Assembly (NCBI GenBank): GCA_002373815.1
Contig: DFKH01000096.1
Span: 1 to 43,433 of the forward strand
From: Alphaproteobacteria bacterium UBA3650
GTDB taxonomy: Bacteria; Pseudomonadota; Alphaproteobacteria; CAAHEQ01; UBA3637
Length of the DNA stretch: 43,433 nucleotides
Direction of reading: 5' to 3'
How positions within the stretch are numbered: position 1 is the stretch's first letter; the number at the start of each line of letters is the position of its first letter. Under the pieces are notes generated by a model. That model was not told the DNA's origin and searched no databases. It saw nothing but the letters and a program-made list of their open reading frames with translations. Shown here piece after piece: positions 18,528 through 28,894 of this stretch. The position numbers and the translations under genes were made by a program.

Positions 18528-19967
18528 TCACTCCCTAAACATTGGCAACCCACGATCCATGCGGGTTTTTTGTTGTTCCATAAATGTGGCCAAATTGATA
18601 TTTGTATCACGGATGGCCATCCGCATTTGATCAGCAGCTTGAGCATTTGGATTTGCAAAAGCCGATTGATAGACCAATTTCAATTTTGTCGTACCTTCTA
18701 ATCGTTGATGTACAACCCCCAAAATACCACGAGCCAAAAGATCTGCCACCAAACTGTTATCCAAACCAGTGGAAGCCGCATATTTAATCATCGAGTTCAA
18801 AGCATCTTCAACCCCATTGGCGTGAATTGTGGATAACACTAAGTGTCCAGAGGTTGCTGCAACCAAGCATTGGCTAGCCGTTTCGGGTGTACGAATTTCG
18901 CCCACCAAAATATAACGTGGCTTAGAACGTAAAGCAGACCTTAAACCTGCGCCCCATTGATCATTTTCCACAGGCACTTGCTTACACAAGCCCAATCCAC
19001 CATTTTTGGAATGATAAACACCAGAAAGAGGCATTTCGGGTGGATCTTCAATGGTGTATAAAAATCCACCATCTGTATCCAAAAAGCGCTTCATCAAAGC
19101 CGAAACAGTTGTCGTTTTACCTTGCCCCGTTGGCCCTGCAAAAAGCAACAAACCAGAAGCACGACTTAAACTCGTTAAATGTTTCACAACAGCAGGTGCA
19201 AAACCAAGTGTTTCGATTTCAGGTGTCGTTGTCGGCATCTTACGACAGTTATATTGCAATCCATCTACCGTATTTACACGTTCAACACGATATGAATCTC
19301 CTGCAAAACGCACCGCATAACTGGACATACCAGTAAACCCTTGCTCTAAGGCCTTGTGAAAATCTTCCAAATCATCCGTCTCAATCGGCGTCAAAGCAAA
19401 TCGTGTTTCTTTGTCACGCACATAGGCAATCCCTTCTGGAGTATACCAAATATCCGCAAAATCCACAGTATGTAAAGACTCACCACGTACCGTTTCTGGT
19501 TCTTTGACAGCCCCCATTGTCGGCTGCATAACAGGAGCTTTCTTTTCTTTCTCATCAGATGAAAGACTTTCCGATTTAACTGGCGCCTTTAAAAAAGAGG
19601 GAGGCTCTGGCGCAGGTGTATTATCAGGAACTTCCTCCACAGGCAAAGCGTTTTCGGGCGCTTCTTCCTCATCTGGCAATTCAGGTACCTTGTTCATCGA
19701 AGGCAACGCACTGCCCTGCATGGGATTATGCGCCATCGGAGGACGGGCCGTAGGATTCATTGAATCAGCCATGGGTTCTTGCCGAACCGTTGGAGTAGAG
19801 GGCGTAGGTTGTTGCGTCACAGTTTTAGGAGCAATCTCAGACTGAACAGCCTTTGTCGCTACACCAGCCGATATAGGGGACACAGCCGACGCAGGACGAA
19901 CTGACCCGGTCCCTTGTGGCTTCGGAGCAGATGCTTTCGGGGCCCCTTTTAAAAAACGTTCAAACAT
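18528..19967 (-). CDS. Secretion-type hexameric ATPase (T2SSE superfamily; VirB11/CpaF/PilT-like) with a long disordered N-terminus
   Basis: Walker A FAGPTGQGKTT, Asp box YTIEDPPE, Walker B RYILVGEIR and His box GHLVLSTIHANG. The first ~190 aa are P/A/S/E-rich low complexity. The start is set at the ATG (MFERF) preceded by GGAGG, rather than the upstream ORF-track start. Confidence 0.8.
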   Translation of the reverse strand: MFERFLKGAPKASAPKPQGTGSVRPASAVSPISAGVATKAVQSEIAPKTVTQQPTPSTPTVRQEPMADSMNPTARPPMAHNPMQGSALPSMNKVPELPDEEEAPENALPVEEVPDNTPAPEPPSFLKAPVKSESLSSDEKEKKAPVMQPTMGAVKEPETVRGESLHTVDFADIWYTPEGIAYVRDKETRFALTPIETDDLEDFHKALEQGFTGMSSYAVRFAGDSYRVERVNTVDGLQYNCRKMPTTTPEIETLGFAPAVVKHLTSLSRASGLLLFAGPTGQGKTTTVSALMKRFLDTDGGFLYTIEDPPEMPLSGVYHSKNGGLGLCKQVPVENDQWGAGLRSALRSKPRYILVGEIRTPETASQCLVAATSGHLVLSTIHANGVEDALNSMIKYAASTGLDNSLVADLLARGILGVVHQRLEGTTKLKLVYQSAFANPNAQAADQMRMAIRDTNINLATFMEQQKTRMDRGLPMFRE

Positions 19968-20033
19968 AAAAACCTCCTCATTTTCCTTTATCATGCCTCT
20001 TTTTCTAAAGTTTTGCAAGATGTTTTTGCACCC

Positions 20034-20065
20034 AAAAACAAAAACGCCCCGTAAAAACAGGGGCG
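20034..20065 (-). terminator. Rho-independent terminator downstream of pnp
   Basis: Minus-sense GCGCCCCTG, TTTTTA loop, CGGGGCG hairpin followed by TTTTTGTTTTT. It separates pnp from the ATPase gene. Confidence 0.7.
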
Positions 20066-20085
20066 CTTTTTATTTCTTATTGGTT

Positions 20086-22278
20086 TTATTCAGCAGATGT
20101 CTCAGTACCAGACTCAACTTCTGGGGCCTTTTCTGCTTCACCTTCGGCGTGCTTTTTCTTTTCAGGCAATTCAATCAATTCACCCGTTTCTTGATTGACA
20201 CGCTTCATGGACAATTTGATCTTGCCACGATTATCGGCACCTTGGCACAAGACTTTCACCTTGTCGCCTTCCTTTAATACATCTGTCACTTTTTCCACGC
20301 GCTCTGGTTTGATTTCAGATACATGGACCAAGCCATCACGGTTTGGCATGAAATTTACGAATGCACCAAAATCCATGATTTTTACAACGGTACCATCATA
20401 AACCTTGCCTTTTTCAGGTTCAGCCACAATACCTTTGATCCAATCAATAGCAGCTTGAGCCACAGCACCATCTGTCGCAGCCACAGACACAATACCATCT
20501 TCATTGATATTAACGGTAGCGCCTGTTTTTTCTGTGATTTCACGAATGGTCTTACCACCAGAACCAATCACGTCACGAATCTTTTCTTTGTCAATTTGGA
20601 AAGAATGAATACGTGGCGCATTTGGGCTAACTTCTGCACGAGGTTCAGCAATAGATTCAGCCATTTTGCCCAAAATATGCATACGGCCTTCGTGAGCTTG
20701 CTCCAAAGCAATCTTCATAATTTCTTTGGTAATGGATGTAATCTTAATATCCATTTGCAAAGCGGTCACACCATCTTTTGTACCAGCGACTTTGAAGTCC
20801 ATATCACCCAAGTGATCTTCATCACCCAAGATATCTGTCAAAACAGCAAACTTTTCGCCTTCTTTGATAAGTCCCATTGCGATACCAGCCACAGGTTTCT
20901 TCATCGGCACACCAGCATCCATCAAGGACAAGGTAGAACCACAAACTGTCGCCATAGAAGAAGATCCGTTTGACTCCATAATATCAGACACGACACGAAT
21001 GGTGTAAGGGAATTCTTCCTTACTTGGCAACATCGGGTGAATTGCCCGCCAAGCCAATTTCCCATGACCAATTTCACGACGACCTGGGGAACCCAAACGA
21101 CCAATTTCACCAACGGAATATGGTGGGAAGTTGTAATGCAACATAAAGTGTTCGCTTTGCTCGCCATCCAAAGAATCAACGATTTGTTCATCATCTTCGG
21201 TACCCAAAGTGGTGACCACCATAGCTTGTGTTTCACCACGTGTGAACAAAGCAGAACCATGAGCTTTTGGTAAAATACCAACTTCTGTTTCAATCACACG
21301 CACAGTTTTTGTGTCACGTCCATCAATACGGGGATTACCCGCCAAAATGGAATCACGCACTGTACGATATTCAATTTCATGGAATACTTTTTCATAAATG
21401 GATAATTCCACTTCTTTGCCTTCAAACAAGGCCTTTGCCTCTTCACGAATAGCATCCAAAGTTGCTTGACGTTCCAATTTGTTGTGGATTTTATAAGCTT
21501 CGGCAATCTTTGAACCTAATTTTTCTTGAATTTCAGCACGAACTGTCGCATATTCAGCAGGTTCTTGTTGCACTTCCCAAGGATCCTTAGCACATTCTTC
21601 AGCCAAAGAAATAATCAAATCAATAACTGGTTTCAAACTTTCGTGACCAAATTCCACAGCGCCTAACATCACTTCTTCGGATAATTCTTGCGCTTCAGAT
21701 TCAACCATCAACACACCTTCTTTGGTACCAGCCACAACCAAGTCCAAATCGGTATTCTTCATCTGCTGAATATCTGGGTTCAGCACATATTGACCATCAA
21801 TATAGCCAACTCTAGCACCAGCAATCGGCCCCAAGAATGGCAAGCCAGAAATCGTAATAGCAGCAGAGGCCGCAATCATTGCTACAATATCAGATTGTGT
21901 TTTTTTGTCATAAGAAATCAACGTACAAACAACCTGAGTTTCATTATTAAAGCCTTTCACAAACAAAGGACGAATAGGACGATCGATTAAACGACTGACC
22001 AACACTTCATGCTCACTAGGCTTCCCTTCACGTTTAAAAAATCCACCTGGAATTTGCCCTGCAGCATATGTTTTTTCTTGGTAATTCACCGTCAGTGGAA
22101 TAAAATCTTCAAAAGTTTCTGGTTTTGTTTTGGCAGCGCACACCGTAGCATGCACCATAGTATCTCCGTAACGGACAATCACAGAACCATCGGCTTGACG
22201 ACCGATTTTACCTGTTTCAATGGACAGTTTTTTGCCTCCCCATGTGATTTCCTTTTTAAATGTTGTAAAAATTGACAT
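20086..22278 (-). CDS. pnp: Polyribonucleotide nucleotidyltransferase (PNPase)
   Basis: Two RNase PH domains plus KH and S1 domains. The start at [33 protein letters not shown] matches the N-terminal pattern I recall for alphaproteobacterial PNPases. Confidence 0.95.
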   Translation of the reverse strand: MSIFTTFKKEITWGGKKLSIETGKIGRQADGSVIVRYGDTMVHATVCAAKTKPETFEDFIPLTVNYQEKTYAAGQIPGGFFKREGKPSEHEVLVSRLIDRPIRPLFVKGFNNETQVVCTLISYDKKTQSDIVAMIAASAAITISGLPFLGPIAGARVGYIDGQYVLNPDIQQMKNTDLDLVVAGTKEGVLMVESEAQELSEEVMLGAVEFGHESLKPVIDLIISLAEECAKDPWEVQQEPAEYATVRAEIQEKLGSKIAEAYKIHNKLERQATLDAIREEAKALFEGKEVELSIYEKVFHEIEYRTVRDSILAGNPRIDGRDTKTVRVIETEVGILPKAHGSALFTRGETQAMVVTTLGTEDDEQIVDSLDGEQSEHFMLHYNFPPYSVGEIGRLGSPGRREIGHGKLAWRAIHPMLPSKEEFPYTIRVVSDIMESNGSSSMATVCGSTLSLMDAGVPMKKPVAGIAMGLIKEGEKFAVLTDILGDEDHLGDMDFKVAGTKDGVTALQMDIKITSITKEIMKIALEQAHEGRMHILGKMAESIAEPRAEVSPNAPRIHSFQIDKEKIRDVIGSGGKTIREITEKTGATVNINEDGIVSVAATDGAVAQAAIDWIKGIVAEPEKGKVYDGTVVKIMDFGAFVNFMPNRDGLVHVSEIKPERVEKVTDVLKEGDKVKVLCQGADNRGKIKLSMKRVNQETGELIELPEKKKHAEGEAEKAPEVESGTETSAE

Positions 22279-22315
22279 CTTTATATTTTTCCTTTCATCA
22301 TCATTCATACATACA

Positions 22316-22342
22316 AAGGGATGGGGCGTCCCTTGACACCCC
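22316..22342 (-). promoter_or_regulatory. Hairpin in the rpsO-pnp intergenic region (candidate rpsO terminator / pnp leader processing stem)
   Basis: AAGGGA (22316-22321) pairs with TCCCTT (22329-22334). An alternative pairing is GGGG (22323-22326) with CCCC (22339-22342). The position corresponds to the RNase III-processed pnp leader known from E. coli. Confidence 0.3.
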
Positions 22343-22354
22343 GATCCTGAGAAA

Positions 22355-22624
22355 TTATTTCCGTAATTTCAAACGGGCAATCAACGCCTCATAACGAGCA
22401 TTGTCTTGCTTTTTCACATAAGCCAACAATTGACGACGTTTTGTCACCATAGAATTCAATCCACGACGGGAATGGAAATCCTTAGCGTGTGTTTTCATAT
22501 GTTCAGCCAAAGCATTGATTCTTTCTGTTAAAACAGCAATTTGTACCTCAGGTGAACCTGTATCGCCTTTTGTGACTGCAAAATCTGCAATCAGCTTTTG
22601 TTTAGCTTCTTTTGTTAACGACAT
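22355..22624 (-). CDS. rpsO: 30S ribosomal protein S15
   Basis: An 89-aa protein starting [12 protein letters not shown] with the [11 protein letters not shown] motif. Confidence 0.95.
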   Translation of the reverse strand: MSLTKEAKQKLIADFAVTKGDTGSPEVQIAVLTERINALAEHMKTHAKDFHSRRGLNSMVTKRRQLLAYVKKQDNARYEALIARLKLRK

Positions 22625-22765
22625 CTTTATATCCTTTCTTTATAAGTTAACTTGTTGTTTCTTCCAACAAAACCAGCACAAACCGAGATATCGATCAGTT
22701 AGGTTAACTTTGTTTTCATTAAAAACAACGGACATATTATACACAATTTTTTTACAAAAATCAAG
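22625..22765 (-). promoter_or_regulatory. rpsO promoter (TTGATT, 17 nt, TATAAT) plus a ~105-nt two-hairpin 5' UTR
   Basis: On the plus strand, the -35 complement is at 22760-22765 and the -10 complement at 22737-22742, with a 17-nt spacer. Leader hairpins are 22710-22716 with 22722-22728 (7 bp) and 22652-22657 with 22665-22670 (6 bp). Confidence 0.5.
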
Positions 22766-22768
22766 CGA

Positions 22769-23677
22769 TTATTTTGCGTCTATCCAAATGAACTCTGGCG
22801 AAATAACAATCCCGTCTTTTTTTACAAGACCTAGTATTTTTCCATCCACTTTAGCACAATAAATACCATCGGGACCCATTTGTTCTACAACATCCATTTT
22901 TAAAAGGCTTAAACGTTGCCCCTGTGCCAAACGCTTGACCTCAATTTCAGAAAAAATTAGCTTAGGAACATCTTGCAACACCTTTTCCATTGGAATCAAA
23001 TTGATATTTGAAGCATTTATTTTTTCATTTTTAATATCATCCAACACCACCGCCCCAGTTAAATCAAAGGGATCGCAGGTTATTCGTCGTAACATGGTCA
23101 CTACACCAACGGTCCCTAAAGCATGCGCTATATCATGCGCCAATGTCCGTACATAAGTCCCCTTACTACACGCAACCTCAAAAGTAGACTTATCTTGTTG
23201 AATTTCCAATACTTTCAAATCATAAATTGTAATGGAACGCGGTTTTAATTCAACTTTTTTACCTTCTCTTGCCAACTCATAAGCGCGCTTGCCATTGACT
23301 TTGAGCGCAGAAAATACATTGGGCGTTTGCATAATTTTTCCAATAAATTGTGATAAAACAGCACGAATTTCATCTTCTGTTGGAATCTTGTCACTGTTGG
23401 CTATTTCTTTACCTGCCAAATCATCACTATCCGTCTCCACACCCCATTTAATCTGAAATTGATAAGTCTTTCTTCCCGCCATCACATAGGGAATCAAACG
23501 GGTTGCCTTACCAAAGGCAATCGGCAAAACACCTGTTGCTAAAGGATCTAAAGTACCTGCATGACCAATTTTTGTGGGTCGTAAAAAATGCTTTAAAACA
23601 GAAACAACCTGCGTAGAGCCCATCTGATAGGGCTTATCAATTACCAAAAAACCATTTAAGTTATTCTTTGGATTCAA
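22769..23677 (-). CDS. truB: tRNA pseudouridine-55 synthase
   Basis: GFLVIDKP and HAGTLDPLATGVL catalytic-Asp motifs, with rbfA-truB-rpsO synteny. Confidence 0.9.
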   Translation of the reverse strand: MNPKNNLNGFLVIDKPYQMGSTQVVSVLKHFLRPTKIGHAGTLDPLATGVLPIAFGKATRLIPYVMAGRKTYQFQIKWGVETDSDDLAGKEIANSDKIPTEDEIRAVLSQFIGKIMQTPNVFSALKVNGKRAYELAREGKKVELKPRSITIYDLKVLEIQQDKSTFEVACSKGTYVRTLAHDIAHALGTVGVVTMLRRITCDPFDLTGAVVLDDIKNEKINASNINLIPMEKVLQDVPKLIFSEIEVKRLAQGQRLSLLKMDVVEQMGPDGIYCAKVDGKILGLVKKDGIVISPEFIWIDAK

Positions 23678-24047
23678 GATCAGCCTTTACCTTTGGGGAA
23701 TTCAATAACTCTTCAATACGCTCCACATTTTCCATACGTGTATCCGCCACAAAGTCCAAATCTGGCACAATGCGCAAGCGAATTTTACGTCCAATTTCCT
23801 TTCGAAAAAGCCCTTTGTGTTCACGAAGCAGGGCAACCTGCTCTTTTGTATCCACAGGTGGAATAGCACGCACAAAAATACGCGCAAAAGAAAAGTCAGA
23901 TGAAATATCCACTTCCGTCAACATGATGTAGGGCGCTTTCAAGCCAGTAATAAAAAAATTATTATGAATCAAAAGATTAGCCAACACATGTTGGATTTCT
24001 TCTGCCACACGCAATTGTCTTTCCGAAGGTGCTTTTTTGCTTCTCAT
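23661..24047 (-). CDS. rbfA: Ribosome-binding factor A
   Basis: A 128-aa protein with a RbfA-like KH-fold sequence (RVAEEIQHVLANLL), lying downstream of infB. Confidence 0.85.
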   Translation of the reverse strand: MRSKKAPSERQLRVAEEIQHVLANLLIHNNFFITGLKAPYIMLTEVDISSDFSFARIFVRAIPPVDTKEQVALLREHKGLFRKEIGRKIRLRIVPDLDFVADTRMENVERIEELLNSPKVKADLESKE

Positions 24048-24057
24048 AAGCGCTCCT

Positions 24058-26463
24058 TTAGTTTGCTACAAACTTCACCGCAGTTTGCTCTATTTCAAAG
24101 CATTCCACAATGTCGCCTTCCTTGATATCATCAAACTTGGCTAACTTCACACCGCATTCAAACGATTCTTTCACTTCGCGCACATCATCTTTCATACGTT
24201 TCAATTGTTCCAAATCGCCCGTATAGATCACAGTATCATTACGCAGTAAACGGACTTTTGCGCCACGTTTAATAACACCTTCTGTTACCATACAACCAGC
24301 AATCTTACCAACTTTAGAGATGGAAATCACCTGACGCACTTCGGCATAACCGATAATCTTTTCGTGTTCTTCTGGTGTCAACATACCTTCCACAACTTTC
24401 TTGATATCATCAGCAACATCATAAATAATGGAATAATAACGAATATCAACACCATCACGTTTGGCAACACTTCTGGCACCTTGATTGGCGCGCACATTAA
24501 AACCAATCACCAAAGCATTACTGGCACGAGCCAACGCAATATCTGTTTCATTGATACCGCCCACAGCACTATGCACAATATTGACCTTGATTTCATCATT
24601 TTTAATTTTACTTAAAACACCAATCAAAGCTTCTACTGAACCTTGCACATCGGCTTTAATGAGGACAGGCACTTCCTTCATTTGACCCGCTTTGATTTGC
24701 GCCAATAAACCTTCCGTTCCACCCATGCGCTTCACATTCAATAATTCACGAGCCTTGCGTTGACGGTAAGCGGAAATATCACGTGCTGTTTGCTCATCTT
24801 GTACCACCACAAAATCATCACCAGCAGCAGGCGTACCATTGAGTCCAATCACTTCCACAGGTTGAGCCGGTTCTGCAATTTCCAAGACCTGACTCTTTGC
24901 GTTTGACATAGAACGCACACGTCCCCATTCTTGTCCCGTCACAAACAAATCCCCAACATGTAATGTCCCCTTCTTCACCAAAATAGTCGCCACAGAACCG
25001 CGGCCTTTTTCCATACGCGCTTCCACCACAACACCTTCGGCTGGACATTTCTTCGGAGCTTTTAAATCCAACATTTCAGCTTGCAATAAAATGGCTTCCA
25101 CTAACTTATCCAAATTCGTTTTTTGTTTGGCAGAAACTTCCACTTCCAACACATCACCGCCCATAGATTCCACCGCAACGCCATGTTGCAATAAATCTGT
25201 ACGAACTTTGTTTGGATTGGCCCCAGGAACATCCATTTTATTGATCGCTACAATCAAAGGAACGCCCGCGGCTTTGGCATGGTGAATCGCTTCAATGGTT
25301 TGAGGCATCACGCTGTCGTTCGCAGCAACAACCAAAATCACGATATCCGTCACTTGAGCCCCACGCGCCCGCATAGCGGTAAACGCTTCATGCCCTGGCG
25401 TATCAATAAATGTAATCTTTTTGCCATTTTCTAAAACAACTTGATAAGCCCCAATATGCTGAGTAATACCACCCGATTCTTTGGCGGCCACGTTTGTGGA
25501 ACGCAATGCGTCCAACAATGATGTCTTACCATGATCCACGTGTCCCATAACCGTCACAACGGGAGGACGTGGTTCATATTCAGATTCAGGGATATCCTCA
25601 TGCTTCAACACATTTTCTACATCAGATTCGGCCACACGTTGCTTCACGCGATGTCCCATTTCCGTCACAACCAATTCAGCTGTATCAGCATCAATTGTTT
25701 GAGTAATGGTCACCATCATCCCCATTTTCATCAATGTTTTCACAACATCAGCACCTTTTTCGGCCATACGAGAAGCCAATTCTTGTACTGTGATTGTTTC
25801 AGGAATAATCACATCATGAATTACTTTTTCAGCAGGCCCTTTTTGAGCATTCAAAAATTTTTGATATTGCTTTTCTCTGGCACGTTTAATGGACGCCAAA
25901 GATCGTCTGTGATGATGAGGACCATTTTCATCATCAGAATCTTCATCATCTGCCGAATATTGCTTGTATGCATTTAAATTCATTTTATTGGCACGCTTTT
26001 CTTCAAAAGAACCTTTGCCTTTATTCATGGCTTGTTCAAGCTCTTTTTGTTTTTTAGCAGCCAAAATTTCATCTAAATCTTTTTTCTTGGAATCAGTAAA
26101 AGTTTTCTGAGCTTTTTCCTGAGGTTCCACAACGGGCTGTGTAGCCTGTAATTGCAAATCCGCTTGACGCTTCGCCTCTTCGGCCGCCCGACGTTCTTGC
26201 TCTTGACGGGCTTTTTCGGCTTGCGCTTGGCGTTCAGCCTCTAATTGTTTGGCATGCTCGGCAACTTTTTGAGCCTCCTGCAACAATTTCAATTTTTGAG
26301 CCGCATCTTGTGTCATTACAACAGGCTTTTGTTCGGGAGTAATCACACGACGTTGCTTGCGCACTTCCACCTGAACGCCACTACGAGCCCCCATATTAGG
26401 GCGCAACGTACCACCCAATGACAATGTTTTACCGGATAAAGTCAATTTCTTTTCTTCACTCAT
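24058..26463 (-). CDS. infB: Translation initiation factor IF-2
   Basis: GTPase motifs [17 protein letters not shown] and NKMD. The start is set at MSEEKK (ATG at 26463), which overlaps the ylxR stop. Confidence 0.95.
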   Translation of the reverse strand: MSEEKKLTLSGKTLSLGGTLRPNMGARSGVQVEVRKQRRVITPEQKPVVMTQDAAQKLKLLQEAQKVAEHAKQLEAERQAQAEKARQEQERRAAEEAKRQADLQLQATQPVVEPQEKAQKTFTDSKKKDLDEILAAKKQKELEQAMNKGKGSFEEKRANKMNLNAYKQYSADDEDSDDENGPHHHRRSLASIKRAREKQYQKFLNAQKGPAEKVIHDVIIPETITVQELASRMAEKGADVVKTLMKMGMMVTITQTIDADTAELVVTEMGHRVKQRVAESDVENVLKHEDIPESEYEPRPPVVTVMGHVDHGKTSLLDALRSTNVAAKESGGITQHIGAYQVVLENGKKITFIDTPGHEAFTAMRARGAQVTDIVILVVAANDSVMPQTIEAIHHAKAAGVPLIVAINKMDVPGANPNKVRTDLLQHGVAVESMGGDVLEVEVSAKQKTNLDKLVEAILLQAEMLDLKAPKKCPAEGVVVEARMEKGRGSVATILVKKGTLHVGDLFVTGQEWGRVRSMSNAKSQVLEIAEPAQPVEVIGLNGTPAAGDDFVVVQDEQTARDISAYRQRKARELLNVKRMGGTEGLLAQIKAGQMKEVPVLIKADVQGSVEALIGVLSKIKNDEIKVNIVHSAVGGINETDIALARASNALVIGFNVRANQGARSVAKRDGVDIRYYSIIYDVADDIKKVVEGMLTPEEHEKIIGYAEVRQVISISKVGKIAGCMVTEGVIKRGAKVRLLRNDTVIYTGDLEQLKRMKDDVREVKESFECGVKLAKFDDIKEGDIVECFEIEQTAVKFVAN

Positions 26464-26797
26464 GAATCGCTCCTTTAAAAAAGAGTTCTTGTTTTTGTGG
26501 ATAATTTTGAAGTTCCTTTTCAACCACTTGCATTAAATCCTCAGGGATTTTAACCGTTCCTTTAGCCGCCTTGTAAAAAATACGTTTTTCAATGGCTTTT
26601 TCTAAACACGCCTTACAAGCATGCAACCACATACCACGTCCAGGCAACACCTCTTTTGCATCAAATTGAACAACCTGCCCCACACGACCAACAAAACGCA
26701 ACATATGGGCGCGTGGGGAAATTGTCTTACACACAAAACAGGTACGAGTTCCAACCACTGTTTTGGGATTTTTATTTCTGTGATTGTGTCTCTTCAC
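26456..26797 (-). CDS. ylxR: YlxR/DUF448 family RNA-binding protein
   Basis: RTCFVCK motif, a position between nusA and infB, and overlaps with both neighbours. Confidence 0.75.
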   Translation of the reverse strand: MKRHNHRNKNPKTVVGTRTCFVCKTISPRAHMLRFVGRVGQVVQFDAKEVLPGRGMWLHACKACLEKAIEKRIFYKAAKGTVKIPEDLMQVVEKELQNYPQKQELFFKGAIHE

Positions 26798-28289
26798 TAA
26801 ACCAATGCTCCCGCGCTTTCATAATCAAGGCATTTGCATCATCTTCAGATAAATCTGTGCCAATGATTTCACGTAATTCATCACCAGCCAAATCAGCTAA
26901 ATCATCCAAAGTTTTCACGCCTTTTTCGCCTAATTTCACCAACATTTCTGGAGTTAAACCTTCAAACTTGGTCAAATCATCAGCCAATTTTAATTCCTTT
27001 AATTTTTGAGAAACCTCAGCTTCCTTTGCTACCAAATAAGCCTTGGCACGATTTTGAAGTTCTGTTGCTAAATCAGCGTCAAAGCCCTCAATACTGGTCA
27101 ATTCATCCAACGCGATATAAGCAATATCTTCCACCTTGGCAAAACCTTCTTGGACCAACAAATGAGCCATCATGTCATCCACATCCAAAGCAGACATGAA
27201 CAAGTCCACACGCCCTTTTGTTTCGGCTTGACGATGCTCAGATTCTTGGGCTTCTGTCATCATATCAATATGCCACCCGGTCAATTGACTCACAAGACGA
27301 ATGTTTTGACCACGACGACCAATAGCCAAGGACAATTGATCTTCTGGCAATACAACTTCCACATTCTTAGCTTCTTCATCAATGACAATCTTTAACACTT
27401 CATTCGGTGCCAAGGCATTGATGATAAATGTGGCAGGATCAGCCGACCAAGTCACCACATCAATTTTTTCACCTTGTAATTCATTGACAACAGCTTGCAC
27501 ACGAATACCACGCATACCAATGCAAGCACCACGTGCATCCAATGTCGAATCATTGGAGTGAACAGCAATTTTAGCACGAGACCCTGGATCACGAGCTACT
27601 GATTTAATATCAATAATACCATCATAAATTTCAGGCACTTCCGCTTTAAACAAAGCCGCCAAGAAATCTGGATGAGAACGGGTCAAGAAAATTTGCGGAC
27701 CACGCACCTCATTGCGCACATCCAATACCAAGGCACGAATGCGATCACCTGGACGATACATTTCTCTGGGAATCATTTCATCACGACGAAGAAGAGCTTC
27801 TGCCCGTCCCAATTCAACAATCACATTACCAGCTTCCACACGTTTCACTGTACCATGAACGATTTCACCCTTCTTGTCTTTCATTTCTTCATATTGTTGA
27901 TTCCGTTCAGCTTCGCGCACTTTTTGTGTAATCACTTGTTTGGCAGTTTGAGCAGCAATACGCCCAAAATCCATTGGCGGTAATTCATCAATAATTTCGT
28001 CACCCACTTTAGCAAATTTATTAGACTTACGAGCTTCCGCCAAACTGATTTCACGAAATTCATCCATCACTTCTTCCACAACAGTGATATAACGAGCCAT
28101 ACTGATGGAGCCATTATTAGGATCAATCGTCGTCCGAATATCATATTCTGGACCATATTTAGAACGTCCTGCCTTGGAAATACCTTCTTCCATGGCATGT
28201 AAAACAGCCTCTTTTTCAATACCTTTTTCATGAGCCAAAACATCGGCCATTTGAATCAGTTCTGGTCTTGGGAGTGTTGCATTTTGCAT
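26772..28289 (-). CDS. nusA: Transcription termination/antitermination factor NusA
   Basis: S1 and KH domains plus C-terminal acidic repeat domains. 505 aa, with rimP-nusA-infB synteny. Confidence 0.95.
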   Translation of the reverse strand: MQNATLPRPELIQMADVLAHEKGIEKEAVLHAMEEGISKAGRSKYGPEYDIRTTIDPNNGSISMARYITVVEEVMDEFREISLAEARKSNKFAKVGDEIIDELPPMDFGRIAAQTAKQVITQKVREAERNQQYEEMKDKKGEIVHGTVKRVEAGNVIVELGRAEALLRRDEMIPREMYRPGDRIRALVLDVRNEVRGPQIFLTRSHPDFLAALFKAEVPEIYDGIIDIKSVARDPGSRAKIAVHSNDSTLDARGACIGMRGIRVQAVVNELQGEKIDVVTWSADPATFIINALAPNEVLKIVIDEEAKNVEVVLPEDQLSLAIGRRGQNIRLVSQLTGWHIDMMTEAQESEHRQAETKGRVDLFMSALDVDDMMAHLLVQEGFAKVEDIAYIALDELTSIEGFDADLATELQNRAKAYLVAKEAEVSQKLKELKLADDLTKFEGLTPEMLVKLGEKGVKTLDDLADLAGDELREIIGTDLSEDDANALIMKAREHWFSEETQSQK

Positions 28290-28290
28290 C

Positions 28291-28776
28291 TTATTTTTTT
28301 CCTTTCTTGTTATCTAAAGTTTCATCTTTAAAAGTTAGTTTTGCTTTTGCCACATCAGCAAAATCAAACGAGATATCAATTCCTTCAAAGTCCATCGTGA
28401 TTTTGGTCCCTTGAATTCCTTTTAAAATTCCCTTAAAACGTTTACGTCCATCAATATCTGTATTCAATTCCACTTTGACCTCTTCCCCTTTAAAACGTTC
28501 ATAATCTTCAGGTTTTACCAAGGGGCGATCAATACCAGGGGAAGAAACTTCCAACACCCAGCGTCTGCTAAATGGATCTGCCACATCTAACAAAGCACTA
28601 GCCGTCTGACTGATTTTTTCACAATCATCCACCGTCATATCTTTGCGATCTTGACGCTCAGCCATAATTTGAACAGTTTTCATTTCTGCCCCATTGATAG
28701 CAACACGCACCAACTCATAGCCCATATCGACCAAAGCTGGTTCAATTGCCTTTGTAATTGTTTCAATTAACTCCAT
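28291..28776 (-). CDS. rimP: Ribosome maturation factor RimP
   Basis: A 161-aa protein with the EVSSPGIDRPL motif, immediately upstream of nusA. Confidence 0.85.
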   Translation of the reverse strand: MELIETITKAIEPALVDMGYELVRVAINGAEMKTVQIMAERQDRKDMTVDDCEKISQTASALLDVADPFSRRWVLEVSSPGIDRPLVKPEDYERFKGEEVKVELNTDIDGRKRFKGILKGIQGTKITMDFEGIDISFDFADVAKAKLTFKDETLDNKKGKK

Positions 28777-28853
28777 TTTTTCTCCTTTTAAAATTTAAGT
28801 GGAGCTTTTCTCAAAGCCCCACCCGATTTTTTTTATTCAGGAAGTATACACCA

Positions 28854-28882
28854 ATTATATACAAAAAATTCTGCCTTGTCAA
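28854..28882 (-). promoter_or_regulatory. Perfect-consensus promoter of the rimP-nusA-infB operon (TTGACA, 17 nt, TATAAT)
   Basis: On the plus strand, tgtcaa is at 28877-28882 and attata at 28854-28859, with a spacer of exactly 17 nt. It lies about 75 nt upstream of the rimP ATG. Confidence 0.65.
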
Positions 28883-28894
28883 CAGTTTTTTTTA

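Noticed and set aside
18349-18531. An alternative-frame 60-aa ORF (MKNERYF...) on the same strand as the micro-ORF.
   Set aside because: Its start would lie inside the ATPase stop region with no Shine-Dalgarno, and its composition is irregular. The 18342-18524 frame has a GGGAG Shine-Dalgarno and a clean two-helix hydrophobic profile. Neither frame is proven.
20323-20973. A 216-aa ORF, plus several 60-120-aa ORFs between 20195 and 22275, all antisense to pnp.
   Set aside because: They lie entirely inside the strongly conserved PNPase coding sequence on the opposite strand. They have odd H/F/N/C-rich compositions and no Shine-Dalgarno. They are typical shadow ORFs.
25531-25977. A 148-aa ORF antisense to infB, plus smaller ones at 24364-25285.
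   Set aside because: These are shadow ORFs inside IF-2. Their composition is low-complexity H/F/I-rich, and they have no ribosome-binding site.
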